Below, piece after piece: positions 11,462 through 23,440 of a stretch of DNA of 64,000 nt. Origin of the DNA: Podarcis pityusensis (lineage: Eukaryota); the NCBI GenBank assembly GCA_964106645.2, contig OZ067043.1; one strand, 5' to 3'. How positions within the stretch are numbered: the stretch's first letter is position 1; each line of letters begins with the position of its first letter. The notes under the pieces were generated by a model. That model saw only the letters and a program-made list of their open reading frames with translations, had not been told where the DNA came from and ran no database searches. The translations under genes were made by a program, and so were the position numbers.

Positions 11462-14389
11462 TTGGTGTAACGCTAGTGCAGCTGTGACAAACATGATTGC
11501 CATGCAAATTCTGGGACAGCTCTAAATTGATATTTTCACTGTGCCTTTGGGGTCCAAGCAGGAGGGAAAGGAGAGAAGTGCCAGTTATTATTAACATTAT
11601 CCATCCTCCCAAATGAGAAAACAATCAAAGACTTGCTGCTCTGGGCTGATAGATTGACTTCAGATTAAACAGATTTGATGGGAATCAATCAGTTGTGATG
11701 GAGCAACACCGAGAAGTATTTTAGTTCCTAATTTTGTTCTATTGAAGGGAAGGAAATGCCGGCAGTCGTAGCTCTTTCCTGACACAGAGCAATTAGTGAG
11801 GAAACGTTAAGTGTGCCACTTGGGCTTCAGGCTATTTCATATCCTTCTTTGACTAGTGCAAGGTCCCCCTGTTACCGGATTATAATGGAGGAGATTTACC
11901 AAGCAATTGATTATAAAATATTAATAGTGGAGCTGACAGGAGTGAGAATTGTTTTGCAGCATTAATTATAATGCAAATGGTGCTCTGAATATTTCTGAGG
12001 AAATGTTCAAGCCAGCATATTAGAGCCTTAATAGTCACAAATAATACATCTGAAATGGCAAAGACCCCAAGTTTAATGGAGGAAATGGGGTGCATAAACC
12101 AAGGGAAATTCATGTTACTCATTCCCTGCAATGACACTTATTCTTTCAGTTGGGAAGAAAAAAGATATGGCAACAAAGAGGTGGTGTTGATGCGAAGATT
12201 AGGTCTTTTTCATTCTGGAAATGGAAACTTTGTTTGGAACTGGTTAAAATTTCATGTGTTGACCAGTCTCAGGCACATGCAACTTGCTCCTGAGGACCAG
12301 TCTAGATGAGACACAATCCATACAATTAGCAAATGCATGAATTGCATTAAATTGCATGAATTGTGCAAACACCATCTTGTCAACTGCAGCCTTAATTTGC
12401 TATGTCTAAACTGACAAGCACAGGTGATGTTACTTCCCTGACCATTGCATTTGTTTGAAGAAGATCAGGCGTATCTACTCCAGTTTACCATGGTTTAAAA
12501 AGGTGTGAGGATGGAAACCCCATAATAGGTAAGGTGCTATGACTGCTACAGGCCTTTGGAGAGTGTCATCTCTTTCACATTTCTCATCACTGGTCTTTTT
12601 AGCTGGAGATACCAATGAATGAACCTGAGGCTGTCTGTCTGCAAAGCATACCCTCTGCAGTGGTCCCTTCCCCAAAGGATGATGAGCAGAGCAGCTGGGA
12701 TCTCCTCTCCAGGAGTCTGCATGCTCTCATGCTCATGCTAAGCCATAGTTTCCCTTAGATTTACAGGCAAACTGAGCCAAACTATATAAGCACACTTAAC
12801 AGTGAGTGGGAATTGCTTCTACACCAGTATGTTTGGTGTATATTTTTACAGCTTGATTCATAATAGATGAGCTTAGTCCTGAAAAGTTATCATCTGCAGT
12901 TTGGATCATTAGCAGAGACTACTGAGGAAGCTTTGTCTGCTGGTGTTCTTTAAAAGAAGACATTCCATGTGCATGTCTCTTTGAAAAGCAACAAAAAGTT
13001 TTCCTTTTGCAAACAGCCTCAATTTGCACAGCTCCAGTTCTCTGATGTTCACATGCAATCTTTACTTTCATGGAATTAAAAAGGGCCCTTCAAACACAAA
13101 AGAAGCATTGCATCAAGGTAGGCCTGGCATTAAAAGGGATAATTTTGCATAAGCACGTAATTGTTTTGCATACTGGGCTCAGATTAGGCATAGCTACATG
13201 CAAAAGGATGCTTGCTTGTTGCTGCTGCTGCTGCTACTACCACATGTGACAGTTAGATGGTCATAAACATTTACATCCGTATCCAAGGGCAGATCATTAT
13301 TTGCAGCTCCTTGGTTCTGACCTCTGTTTGATAAAGCTGCCTTCTACTAAGTCAGAAGTTACCAACATCCTAAGGTGGATCCAAAGGTGATAGCATAATT
13401 GCCTAGCAAGCTCACCCTACCTGCATTTATAACTAGATTCAAAAGTCCAGAACATGCCGTCCCCCCCCCAACCTTTTCTGACAGCAATTCCCTTATGAAA
13501 ACACCTAGGGCAACAGAGTAGAGTATGGCAGGTAGAACCAACCAATCCCAGTGGGGAATTACATTTTAATACTTCACAAGAGCCAGAGATATTTGTGTTC
13601 CTGAGAAATGCTAGATATTCACTCTGAAATGGAGGGTGGAGGGCATCTGCCGCTCCCACTGTCCTTAAATGGTGTCCTTGCTTGACTGTGATGAAAACCC
13701 ACTCCTGCCCTCTTACATGTTTAATCTAATAGTTCAGTCTCATCCAGAACAAATGTAATGTAATTACACTTTGAGTAAATATAGCTAATGTTCTGCTTAG
13801 GTCTCCTGAAAGAGATACCTGCCCTTAAAGACTACAGGCAGACATCTTGCAAGTTGCATGCGCATGAATATTACAAATGAAGACGGTGACATTTTGGTAT
13901 ACGCTGCAGTGAAAAATTGGAGCTCCGTCTCCCACTTCATTGCACTGCTGGCCCCATCTATCATAGTCCTTTTAAAATGGCAACTCTCCTGGCCTGATTG
14001 ACATGGGATAGATTTCCTGCCATGAAGTTTTGAGGTCAATCAATCACTTATGTGTTATTGACCTCCAAAACTGAAAACGTGCACCTGGGGCATTCTTCAG
14101 TTAGCCCCTGATCCCGATTCCATTCCATTTTAGAGGCAATGCATACAGAACATAGGGTGCAGATCTACAAAATGCCACCAGTTATAACACAAATATGTTC
14201 ATGCGGAATGTAATTTTATTGGGAATTAGACATATTGCACTTGGTATTCCAAATGATTGGGAATCACTTTGAACAACCAGATATGAGGTTTTGCCAATTC
14301 AGATTGAATACATATAGGACATTGAGCCATGTCTGGGTTCTACCTTTGGCCCGGGTGATGATTTTGTTCATTAATGCATTTATTTTTGT

Positions 14390-15175
14390 TTGCGTGTTGA
14401 GTCCCACAATGCCACCCCCCAAAAAATTCACACTTCACACATCAATTTTTGTTTAAGGTTTTTGGCATAATTTTGGCCACAACTTTATTCAAAATACAAA
14501 AAATGTGAGTGGTTGCTTAGGCATTGGTTATGACTATCTGTCCTTGCCCTCAAGGACAGAGCTGGCCCTTCCGGACACCAAAGGAAGCCAGCGTGGGAAA
14601 CAAGTATTGGGTGAGAAAATGAAGCTGGGCAACAGTCCCTCACTTCTCACCCTCATGTTCCTGTGGGGCTTGCACAGCCCAAGTCCGATGCCAGGGACAA
14701 GGACGAAAAGAATGGCAAGCCCCTGGATTCCTTTAACGGAATTCCCTTTCCGCATCATTTGGAGGGGTAGGCACTTACCCCTCCAAGCACCAATTTAACC
14801 AATGCCTAACCGCCAACCTTACAAGTTGTGACGATTTGCTACGCAGTAGGCAAAAACCAAATGGCACCAGCCAATCAGCCAGATGGCAAAATTCCTACCA
14901 GGCCCCCGCTCCAAGGCGGACGACCCCATGACAGGCATAGCAAGGTCAAGCGATCAAGAAAAAACCACCCTATTAAAGGGAGGGAGGGCGGGTGATCCGA
15001 TGCAAAACGGCCAAGAGGACGTCCAACGTCTGGCCCCTGTATTTAAAGACTCTGACCCCTCCTCCAAATTGGCAACAATCAAAACTCCCCAGCAACCCAA
15101 TTTTAACCACTTAAAGGCTTGGGTTCCTCCAAATCTGCCCAGTAAAGTGAGGGTGGCTTGTTCCCCCAACCGCAA
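14390..15175 (-). mobile_element. DIRS/Ngaro-like (tyrosine-recombinase retrotransposon) non-coding terminal remnant, solo-repeat-like
   Basis: Termini TTGCG..CGCAA with no TSD. On the minus strand: TATA-like TTTAAATA, CCCGCCCTCCCTCCCTTT, then a structured block and AATAAAGTTGTGGCC, which I recall from vertebrate Ngaro-type ends. CpG-rich; no RT or YR coding seen. Confidence 0.5.
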
Positions 15176-15231
15176 CACGTGCTCTCTGTTAGGGAGAAAA
15201 CGCTTTACAGTGACATGCTTAATATTCAAAA

Positions 15232-15275
15232 TAAAAAAAATCCTTCCAGTAGCACCTTTAAGACCAACTAAGTTA
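15232..15275. mobile_element. Short Penelope-like fragment
   Basis: TCCTTCCAGTAGCACCTTTAAGACCAACTAAGTT, related to the 9595 motif. Confidence 0.45.
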
Positions 15276-15828
15276 ATATTATGCTTAATATTGTCATAAT
15301 CCTGGGACCAGGCTATCACACTGCTGAAGAGGCAGAGAAGAGATCAAATCTACACACAACACAGAACCCAGACAGCTTTACTTTCCCTAGGGTTCTAGAG
15401 CTCAACTGGCCACCATCTCCCAGGTTGAGTAGGATGTGTTGGGGCTTGTGTTTAGCATTTCAACCTCAGTTGCCAATCAAATTGAACCAAGATCTTGAAT
15501 ATTGTGAATCACAACTGGTAATGGAATCCAGAAATGCAGGACAGCAACCAGGGATGCTGTATCAACAATCAAGAGCAATGTAGACTCTGAAGAAGGAAAC
15601 AACAGCAGCAAAAATTCTTCACTTTCTGCTGTTGATTAGGGACGGAGAGGTATATATGGAAGTAGCCACTCCATCAGGTATACTGGATCCAGACCAGTAG
15701 TAGTCAACATGGTGTCCTCCCAATGTTGTGGATTACAACTCACATCAGCCTGAGCTAGCACGGCCAAAATTTTGCAGTCCTAAGCAAATGGCCTAGGGAG
15801 TAAACCCTACTGTACACATGGACGTACT

Positions 15829-15973
15829 CAGTGCTTTTTTCTGGGGGGCATGGAGGTATGCACACCCCTAAACATTTTGTGAATCTAAGTTTGGCCTCAT
15901 TGAGGGGCTGTATTTCAATATGTATAGGAAAATGAGAGTAACCCTAAACATTTTTTTAGAAAAAAAAGCACTG
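15829..15973. mobile_element. hAT MITE (same family as 38773-38949)
   Basis: TIR CAGTGCTTTTTT/AAAAAAGCACTG; degenerate 8-bp TSD GACGTACT/GACTGACT; shared core CCCCTAAACATTTTGTGAATCT. Confidence 0.85.
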
Positions 15974-16144
15974 GACTGACTTTCAGATAAATATGCATAG
16001 AACTGAGCTGTAAAGTTTTCCTTTTATTTAAGTATTCAAATTCTGTGATGAAGTTCAATATGGTTAGCATTATTCTCTGTGCTGTTAAAGATAATGCTGC
16101 TGATTTGTTTTGCATTTTTCTTTGCATGTGTTAGAATATCAGGT

Positions 16145-16388
16145 TTAGCATAGTGACTAAGAGACTGAGCTCCAAAGGAAAAAAAAATCCCTGCTTTGAA
16201 TCCCACACCTCCATAAACTTACTTAATATCCTTAGAGGAGGAGATGCTCAGCCTCAGTCTCCCCATCTGCAGTAAGGGAGATGACGATACGGAAGTACCT
16301 TATAAGGGTTGTTATAAGGATTACAACCAGATAATACATGTGTAGTGCTTTGAATGCTCAAAAGCACTGTAGAAATGTTAAGTATTTA
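16145..16388 (+). mobile_element. MIR/CORE-type SINE
   Basis: tRNA-like head (TAGCATAGTGACTAAGAG..TTTGAATCCC), CORE CTCAGCCTCAGTCTCCCCATCTGCA, tail AAAGCACTGTAGAAATGTTAAGTATT. Confidence 0.8.
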
Positions 16389-17441
16389 ATATTGCTTGTC
16401 TTACTCCTGCTCCTCTTTAAACTACTAAAAATACAATGCATTTTCATCTTTAATATTTCACCCCACTTTGAAAGTGCATTTGATTGACAAGCAGAAGATA
16501 AATCCACAAACAAACAAACCTTGGAGGATTTGTCCATTAGCTATCCTTCTGTTCGTCTGTAGTTAAAAGTGTGAGATGTCCTGCACAGTCTCAAGAGTTC
16601 AGAATGGGACAATTGGTGCAGGTGGGGAGAATTTCTGGGATTAGGACCTTGAGCGAACTTTCGTATTTGTAACACTGATGTTCTACTGCAGTTAATGCAT
16701 CACTTCAACTCTGCGATACGTTTTATGGTGGCGAAAGTCTTGGTATGAGGCACGTTCATGTGTTTCCGGGAGAGGCAGACATTGTAATGGAGTAAAGCAG
16801 AGTGTTTTAGGCAATCATCGTACACTTCATATACCTGATTCCCAATACAGCCACTAAGACGTGCCCTTCTATGCACGGGCTCAGGGTTTTCAATTGGATT
16901 GTGTGTCTGGCTTTTCAGCAGACAATGAGGCAGGCAGCGGGTCCCTGAGTGGCAGCTACATTGCTTTTCTGTCATACATGTCTGATAGCCATTGATCAGC
17001 ACGGCAAGTCGCCAGGGAGAAATCAAGCCTCAAGAATATCTTCGGAATATTATACAACCTACTTTACAAGTGTTGGGTTAAAGTAGATATTGAGCCCGAA
17101 GAAGCAGCCAGCCTACAATCCCTTCTGCCTCATTAGCGGGATGCCTCGCATGAATGTACAAGTGGAATTGGATGGCTTGCCAGAGTGAACACTTAAAATT
17201 TCTTGGGCTATTTCAGGAACTGCATGATAACTGAGCTGGGGGAAAGATGGCTGGAGAGTGCTAGTGAGAAGGGAAGGCTGCATTAATGGAAATTGCATGC
17301 TGCTAGTGGATAAGAAGTGGAATGTGATAGAGCAAAGAGAGGCAGGTACTTTCTTTATAAAAAAATTATTGCAGGCTTTCATGGCAACCCCAAAAGAGGA
17401 GCAGAGGAACAGAGGAATACATTTATGTATGCTAACACTAT

Positions 17442-17444
<3 letters not shown>

Positions 17445-17488
<44 letters not shown>
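17445..17488 (+). repeat. (GA)n microsatellite
   Basis: Direct reading; a second (GA)n run lies at ~17615-17637. Confidence 0.95.
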
Positions 17489-17491
<3 letters not shown>

Positions 17492-17552
17492 TGTTTTATT
17501 AATAGAAATCACAAAACTAAGCCCACAATCCTCACCTCAGTTACCTGGGAGT

Positions 17553-17710
17553 AGGGATGGAGGAAGATGATTCAATTCAGTTTGTATTTAAAGGTGAATT
17601 TATCAAATTTGCACGAGAGAGAGAGAGAGAGAGAGAGAACTCAAACATAGCCATCCTACAAAACCTGCGCCTACTCAAATTTTGCAGTGCAGTTCTCCAA
17701 CCAAACAATG
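17553..17710 (+). mobile_element. TAGGGATG-ended AT-rich DNA-transposon-like repeat; family members at ~28000-28240, 32230-32700, 50402-50620, 52190-52480
   Basis: TAGGGATGGAGG..ATTCAATTCA..TTTAAAGG..AATTTGCAC..AAATTTTGCAGTGCAGTTCTCCA shared with 50402-50495. Confidence 0.6.
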
Positions 17711-18789
17711 ACAGAAAAACTAACTAGCCATGTTTGGAAAGAGATTAGTTTTATGAAACTTGGTCTGCTTTCATTGATTTTAGTAGCAAACAGGATGAAA
17801 GGAAGGATCTACCAAAGATTCATGAAGAATTGTGGAAATATATGTTTTCATATGGTATTAACAATTTTAATGTATTAATATTCACTAATACAAATGTTTT
17901 CAAACTATTTATTAATGTAGTCTGCTGATAAGTTTTATTGGTATTATTGCCTGTGGGTCCCCTCTGATTTTTTTAAATGAAAAAGTTATAGTATATGAAC
18001 AAATATAACTGAACACCAAGTGTTAAGATCTTTAACTGAAGAGTCATAGCAAAAATTGGGTTTCCTAAGCAGTGGGAGTTAGTACAGAATTCAGAATAAG
18101 AGAATATGTAGCTCATTATAAAAATAGACAGATTGGGTATATATTCAGATTGGACTGGGAACTATGTTATTAAGAGAACACTTCAAACCTCTGATCTGCT
18201 GCACTGGAAGGGGTTTGAATGAGGTCGAGGGGTTCCCTGAGCACCCCCACTGGAATGACAGGCAATTATTGCCAATGCATAACTATTGCCAATGCATAAC
18301 TTCTAACACAACACAGCACAAATTCGGGACACCACCTTCTGGGTCCGCACTCCTGCGCAAATCACGTGACCTGCTTGAGATCACAACCCCTTTGGGTGGC
18401 ATAAGTGGCATGGCTCTGAATGTGGCAGTGCTGCTCTACGAAGTCCTGCTGCTGGCTACCAGGGACTTATATCATTCTGTAGGTGTGGAGGAGCTCCGAG
18501 AGAGGTAGAGCAGAGTGCAAGTGATTAAGGAAGACTGGGGAGGGGAAACTGATGGGAGGGTAATAGATGCCAGATACACATGTGGAGGGCACAACAGGGA
18601 GTCAAAATGGGAATAGCACTTCACCTGAAGACGCATGTGTCGCTTGCTTGGAGAGGTAGGAAGGAAACAAAACAAAACCAGAGAGGAAAAGCAAACTCAA
18701 ACCCTGATGTTACCTGTTCCAAAGTAAAGGGGGAAGAGGTGTTCTCTCCCTCTGGAGTCTGCTGAGGATTTGGAGGTTGCCCTTTGTCC

Positions 18790-19249
18790 TAATAATAATA
18801 ATAATTTATTACTTATACCCCACCCATCTGGTCGGGCCTCCCCAGCCACTCTGGGCGGCTTCTAACAGGACATTAAAAACACAATAAAACATCAAACATT
18901 AAGAACGTCCCTAAACAGGGCTGCCTTCAGATGTCTTCTAAAAGTCAGATAGTTGTTTATTTCCTTGACATCTGATGGGAGGACGTTTCACAGGGCTGGC
19001 GCCACTACCAAGAAAGCCTTCTGCCTGGTTCCCTGTAACCTCACTTCTCGCAGTGAGCGAACTGCCAGAAGGCCCTCGGCGCAGAACGATGGGGGTGGAG
19101 ACACTCCTTCAGGTATACTGGGCCGAGGCTGTTGAGGGCTTTAAAGGTCAGCACCAAGACTTTGAATTGTGTTCGGAAACATACCAGGAGCCAATGTAGG
19201 TCTTTCAGGACTGGTGTTATATGGTTTTGGTGGCCACTCCCAGTCACCA
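18790..19249 (-). mobile_element. L2 LINE 3' fragment
   Basis: Minus strand HITPVLKDLHWLLVCFRTQFKVLVLTFKALNSLGPVYLKE; (TTA)n tail; close homologue of 37695-38152. Confidence 0.92.
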
Positions 19250-20853
19250 ATGCACTGGGGTTGTGTGAGCTATTCTATACACATTGTAGAATAGCTAGGT
19301 ACTCTGTCTGTGTGATAATGAGATGCAGTTTGTTGTCGAGATGGAAAATGGAAGGCAGGCTGAGCTGAGCTCTTGTGCAGCCTTCATTTGAACACTCCAG
19401 GAAGGAGCAGGATTTGTGCTGCATTTGTAACTATCACAAAGGTGTTCAAACATCCAGAGAAGAAATGTGCTGAGATGGTGCCAGAAAGCACTTTGCACAC
19501 TTAACACAATTCAGACTTAATACAATTCATTCCCTCCCTCCCTCCCTCTCACACACACCTCAGCTAAATAAGTGAAGCCAAAACAATAGATCATAGATTC
19601 AAGAATTTTACTCTCTAAGCGATGTTAAAAAAATTGGGTCAGACCCTCTTTATCAGTTAGACCTTGCTTTCCCTCCACTGATACCAAGCTTACAAAATGA
19701 ATTTATAAATGGAGAATTATATCAGACAATCAACATTCCAATATGGAGAAATATCTTGCAAGTGGGAATGTGGGTTGAAGAGGGACATAACATCTTACCA
19801 TATTACCAAGCATTGGTAGCATCAGGACAAATCACTCTCCTTTTATTTTAGATTTTCCAACTCAGATATGTGGCAGAACAGCTAATAAGCAAATATGGAA
19901 ATCCACATAGGTGGAATCTACACACATATAAAAACTGTTCTGAAAATGTTTTTTTAAAGCGTTTTTAAAAAATGCATTGAATTTTCCATAAGGCTCACCA
20001 TTACCATCTAGTGTCACATTGTATATTGCACTTAAAATATGTGTTTTATTTGCTGAGTCCATAGACTGACGTCGTTTGAAGTTCCTTTTTCTTTTTCAGC
20101 CAGAGCGCTCATAGCTGACCATATTCTTCCTAAACCTCCAAATACTTGTTCTCCATTGTTGAAGCCTACTGTTTCAAAGCATAAACACCAATCTTTCTGT
20201 AACACAGTACAGCTAAATGGAATTGCCTGGTGCTATTAAGCATTACTGTTGGCAGCTGGAAAACAACAACAACAAAATCTGCAAATAAGGAACACACTGG
20301 AGCTGCAGTGCGGGACTGATGCACATCACCATTCCTATCACTCAGCTTCCCATCCCTTGATTATTATTCAACATTCTGGAGCTTCCGTGTGAACTGCTCC
20401 CACTGAAAAGCTTCATCCTTGTCTCAGCGCCACATCTGTCCTGATAGCGTCTTTATCCCCTCCACTCACAGTCTTGACCTGGAATGGATTAGGCTTGCCT
20501 GCTTTAACGCTGGCATTTCAGATTAAAGGATTAATGCAGCCTCCATCCCAATGGGTGCTTAGCTTTTGGGTGCTCCTTTCTTAGGGCTTGTCCACACTTC
20601 CACTTGTGCTGTGCCTAGAAAGCATGCATCTGAGTGGTTTCCCCATTGCACCGCTCCTTCCCAAGGGAAAACCAGCTCTTTAGCAACAGATTGGAACTCA
20701 TCTTTAGTGGCCTGGCTATTCCAGCAATGGAATCTCTGCTGGATCCAGGAATTAGAAGGGCCTCGCATACAGTCTACTTTCCCCCTGGCCCCCACCAATT
20801 GGTTTGGCACACACAAACTCATAACATAAACTACAGAACTTGCTCCTGCAGAA

Positions 20854-20940
20854 GGTAGTGATGGTCACCAACTTGGATGGCTTTAAAACAGGACTGGGGA
20901 AATTAATGGAGGATAAAGCTATCAATGGCTACTAGCTGTG

Positions 20941-20988
<48 letters not shown>

Positions 20989-21655
20989 TAATAAAAATAA
21001 AATTTTATTTATATCCCGCCCTCCCCAGCCAAAGAATGGCTCAGAATAGCTAACAACCATAAAAATAGCACAATTTACATAAAATCACAGTCAATGAATT
21101 GAAATACATTCTAAAATCAATTCAGATTCAAATTAATGGCCACCATTGGGCTAGAGTTCTATGAGGATTACAGAAGGAGAGAAGGGGTCAGACTGTGCCT
21201 TTGCCAAAGGCCTGGTGGAACAGCTCTCTATTGCAGGCCCTGCGGAAAGATGTCAAGTCCCTCAGGGCCCTAGTCTCTTCTCACAGAGCGTTCCACCAGA
21301 TCGGGGCCACGGTCAAAAAAGCCCTGGCTCTGGTTGAGGCCAGCCTAACGTCCCTGTGGCCTGGGATCTCCAAGATGTTTTTATTTGAAGACCGCAAGGT
21401 CCTCCGTGGGACATACCAGGAGAGGCGGTCCTGTAGGTACGAGGGTCCTAGGCCGTATAGGGCTTTAAAGGATGCCTATGCTCTGCCTACACAGTTGCTT
21501 CTGAATAGTAGTTTCTGGAAGCTGCAGGAAAGGAAAGCGTTCTTATGCTCAGATCCTGCTTGCAGGTTTCCCACAGGTATCTGGTTGGCCACTGTGAGAA
21601 TGGGATGATGGACCAAATGGGTCACTGGCTTGATCCAGCAGGCTCTTCTTATGTC
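20854..21655 (+). mobile_element. Old CR1 3' end split by an L2 insertion (CR1 parts 20854-20942 and 21471-21655)
   Basis: ACCAACTTGGATGGCTTTAAAA..ATCAATGGCTACTAG resumes after the insert as GATGCCTATGCTCTGCC..TGATCCAGCAGGCTCTTCTTATG. Confidence 0.75.
20943..21470 (-). mobile_element. L2 3' fragment (second subfamily) with (TTA)n tail
   Basis: TTTATTTATATCCCGCCCTCCCCAGCC; GTTCCACCAGATCGGGGCCAC..AAAAGCCCTG; ends TAGGGCTTTAAAG (FKAL.GLGP.YL on minus). Confidence 0.85.
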
Positions 21656-21810
21656 CATCTGGCTTGGTATTGTCTATAATGACTTGAAGCAGCTCTCCAA
21701 AGTTTTAGACAGAGGTCTTTGCCCTGCCCTGCCTGGAGATGCTAGGCATTCAACCTGTTGCCTTTTACATACAAAGCATGTGCCCTGACTGTGAGCCAGC
21801 ACCCTTCCCC
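21656..21810 (-). mobile_element. tRNA-derived SINE, decayed
   Basis: Minus strand GGGAAGGGTGCTGGCTCACAGTCAGGGCACATGCTTTGTATG..AGGTTGAATGCCTAGCATCTCCAGG (decayed A/B boxes). Confidence 0.65.
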
Positions 21811-23267
21811 TTATTACTGTTTGATTGTAGCAAATGAGCAACCTGGACTTTGGGCCACTCATTATATGATATCCCCCTTGCAATGGCTTTATACTTCTTA
21901 TATCTTGAAGGGGCACCCAACCAAGTGTTCTGTTGATTAAGCATCATTATAAATCAAAACAGGCAAATTTGCTGGAATCAGAACTGATCCAGCGAAGCCG
22001 TTCATCCTTGATTAGAAGCTGATCTGAGCTCATTTTTAGTTCTCTGTGAATTTAGTGGGCTTCGTCTCCTTTTCAGACTTTGACAACGCAGCTACAAAAA
22101 TGCCACCAGTGGAATGTGAAGAAAGCCACATTTCCAATATTCAGGGCTAACACCAATCAGAGGAATCAAAGAGAGACAAAGGAAATAGCTGGGAAGACAC
22201 TTGTGATATGGTTAAACAGCAAGAAAAATGCTTACTGGGATTTTAATCTCCCACTTTAGGAATTGAAGTGAATCAATCAGATAATGGGGAAAGATTATAT
22301 TGGGTTCAGCCTGCTAACAAGCACAGGTAAAGAGGCTGGCTGGCTGTGCAGATTCTTTGCAGTGCCAGCTCCACTAATTACGTCTTTTGCAAATGCTGAA
22401 CAGTGTGTTTATTATTTTATTTTTCTGAAAAGGAAAGAAGTCATTTGGGGGTGGGATTTTAAACTGCTTTATTTTCTCCCAAATGAAAAATGAATGCTCT
22501 TTGTTCCCCCCCTTGCTTCTGTGGCAGCAGGAAGACATCGTAATCTATGCCTTGGAAATGAGCACAGTGTAATTAACACCTCTCCTTAGTCTCAGACACA
22601 AAAGAGGTCGCTAAGATGAACAGCATTCAGAACGGAGCTAAGCGCATCGCTCTGGCAATTAGTGCTTTATTAGAGCTCTGTGCTCACGACTCATACCCAT
22701 GTGGCCTCTTAAACTAACGCATAGCCCCGTCACACACACACTAATAACTCTTCCTAAAGAGGGTGTTCTTTCCATGCATCTGCCACCAACACAGGAGGGT
22801 TTTGTGATGCTGGGAAGCTTCTATATTGCATTTTCGAACCTTTCTGACTGCACCAATACCAAGAAAACTCCTGCTACTCTACACAGTTGACGGTAATAGA
22901 TTGGCACAAGTACAGGCTGACTGAGTTCCCCAAGGAGGGTTGGAGAGAGATTTGCATAATATTTGCATATGCTAATTTCTAGGTATAGGCGCAACATTAG
23001 AAACAAAGGCTGCAATTTAATTAGAAATACATCTCACCATAGTGGGGAATACCCTCTCCCAGGATGCACAATTAAGACTTCCATTTTGTGTAATCCATTT
23101 TGCAGTGACAGAGGTTTGTGCTTTTATCCTCTGGTTGTTGTCTTTTTGCAAGTGCCTTAATGATTGCTTTTTAATTTTTAAAAGTTTTGATTGCTGATGC
23201 AGTTGCTGTCTTTAAAGGCCTACATTTCCTCCAACTACTAGGTAATGCTACCAATTTGGTTAACACA

Positions 23268-23440
23268 GGAACATGAGATGACTCTGCTGAATCAGCCCAT
23301 GGCCCATCTAGTACAGAATCCTGTTCTTACAGTGGTCAAGCAGCTTCATGGGATGCTCATGAATTCTAGCGTTATGAGAGAAACTTCTCTCTGTTCACTT
23401 TCTCAATGTCATGCATCATTTTATAAACTATCTAGTAGAG
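23268..23440 (-). mobile_element. Old CR1 3' end fragment
   Basis: CTGCTGAATCAGCCCATGGCCCATCTAGT..TCCTGTTCTTACAGTGG, homologous to 21590-21650 inverted. Confidence 0.6.

Noticed and set aside
14883-15319. ORFs as tyrosine recombinase or gag of the DIRS-like element
   Set aside because: No R-H-R-Y recombinase, RT or gag motifs in either orientation.
17258-17554. RE-repeat protein
   Set aside because: Translation of a (GA)n microsatellite.
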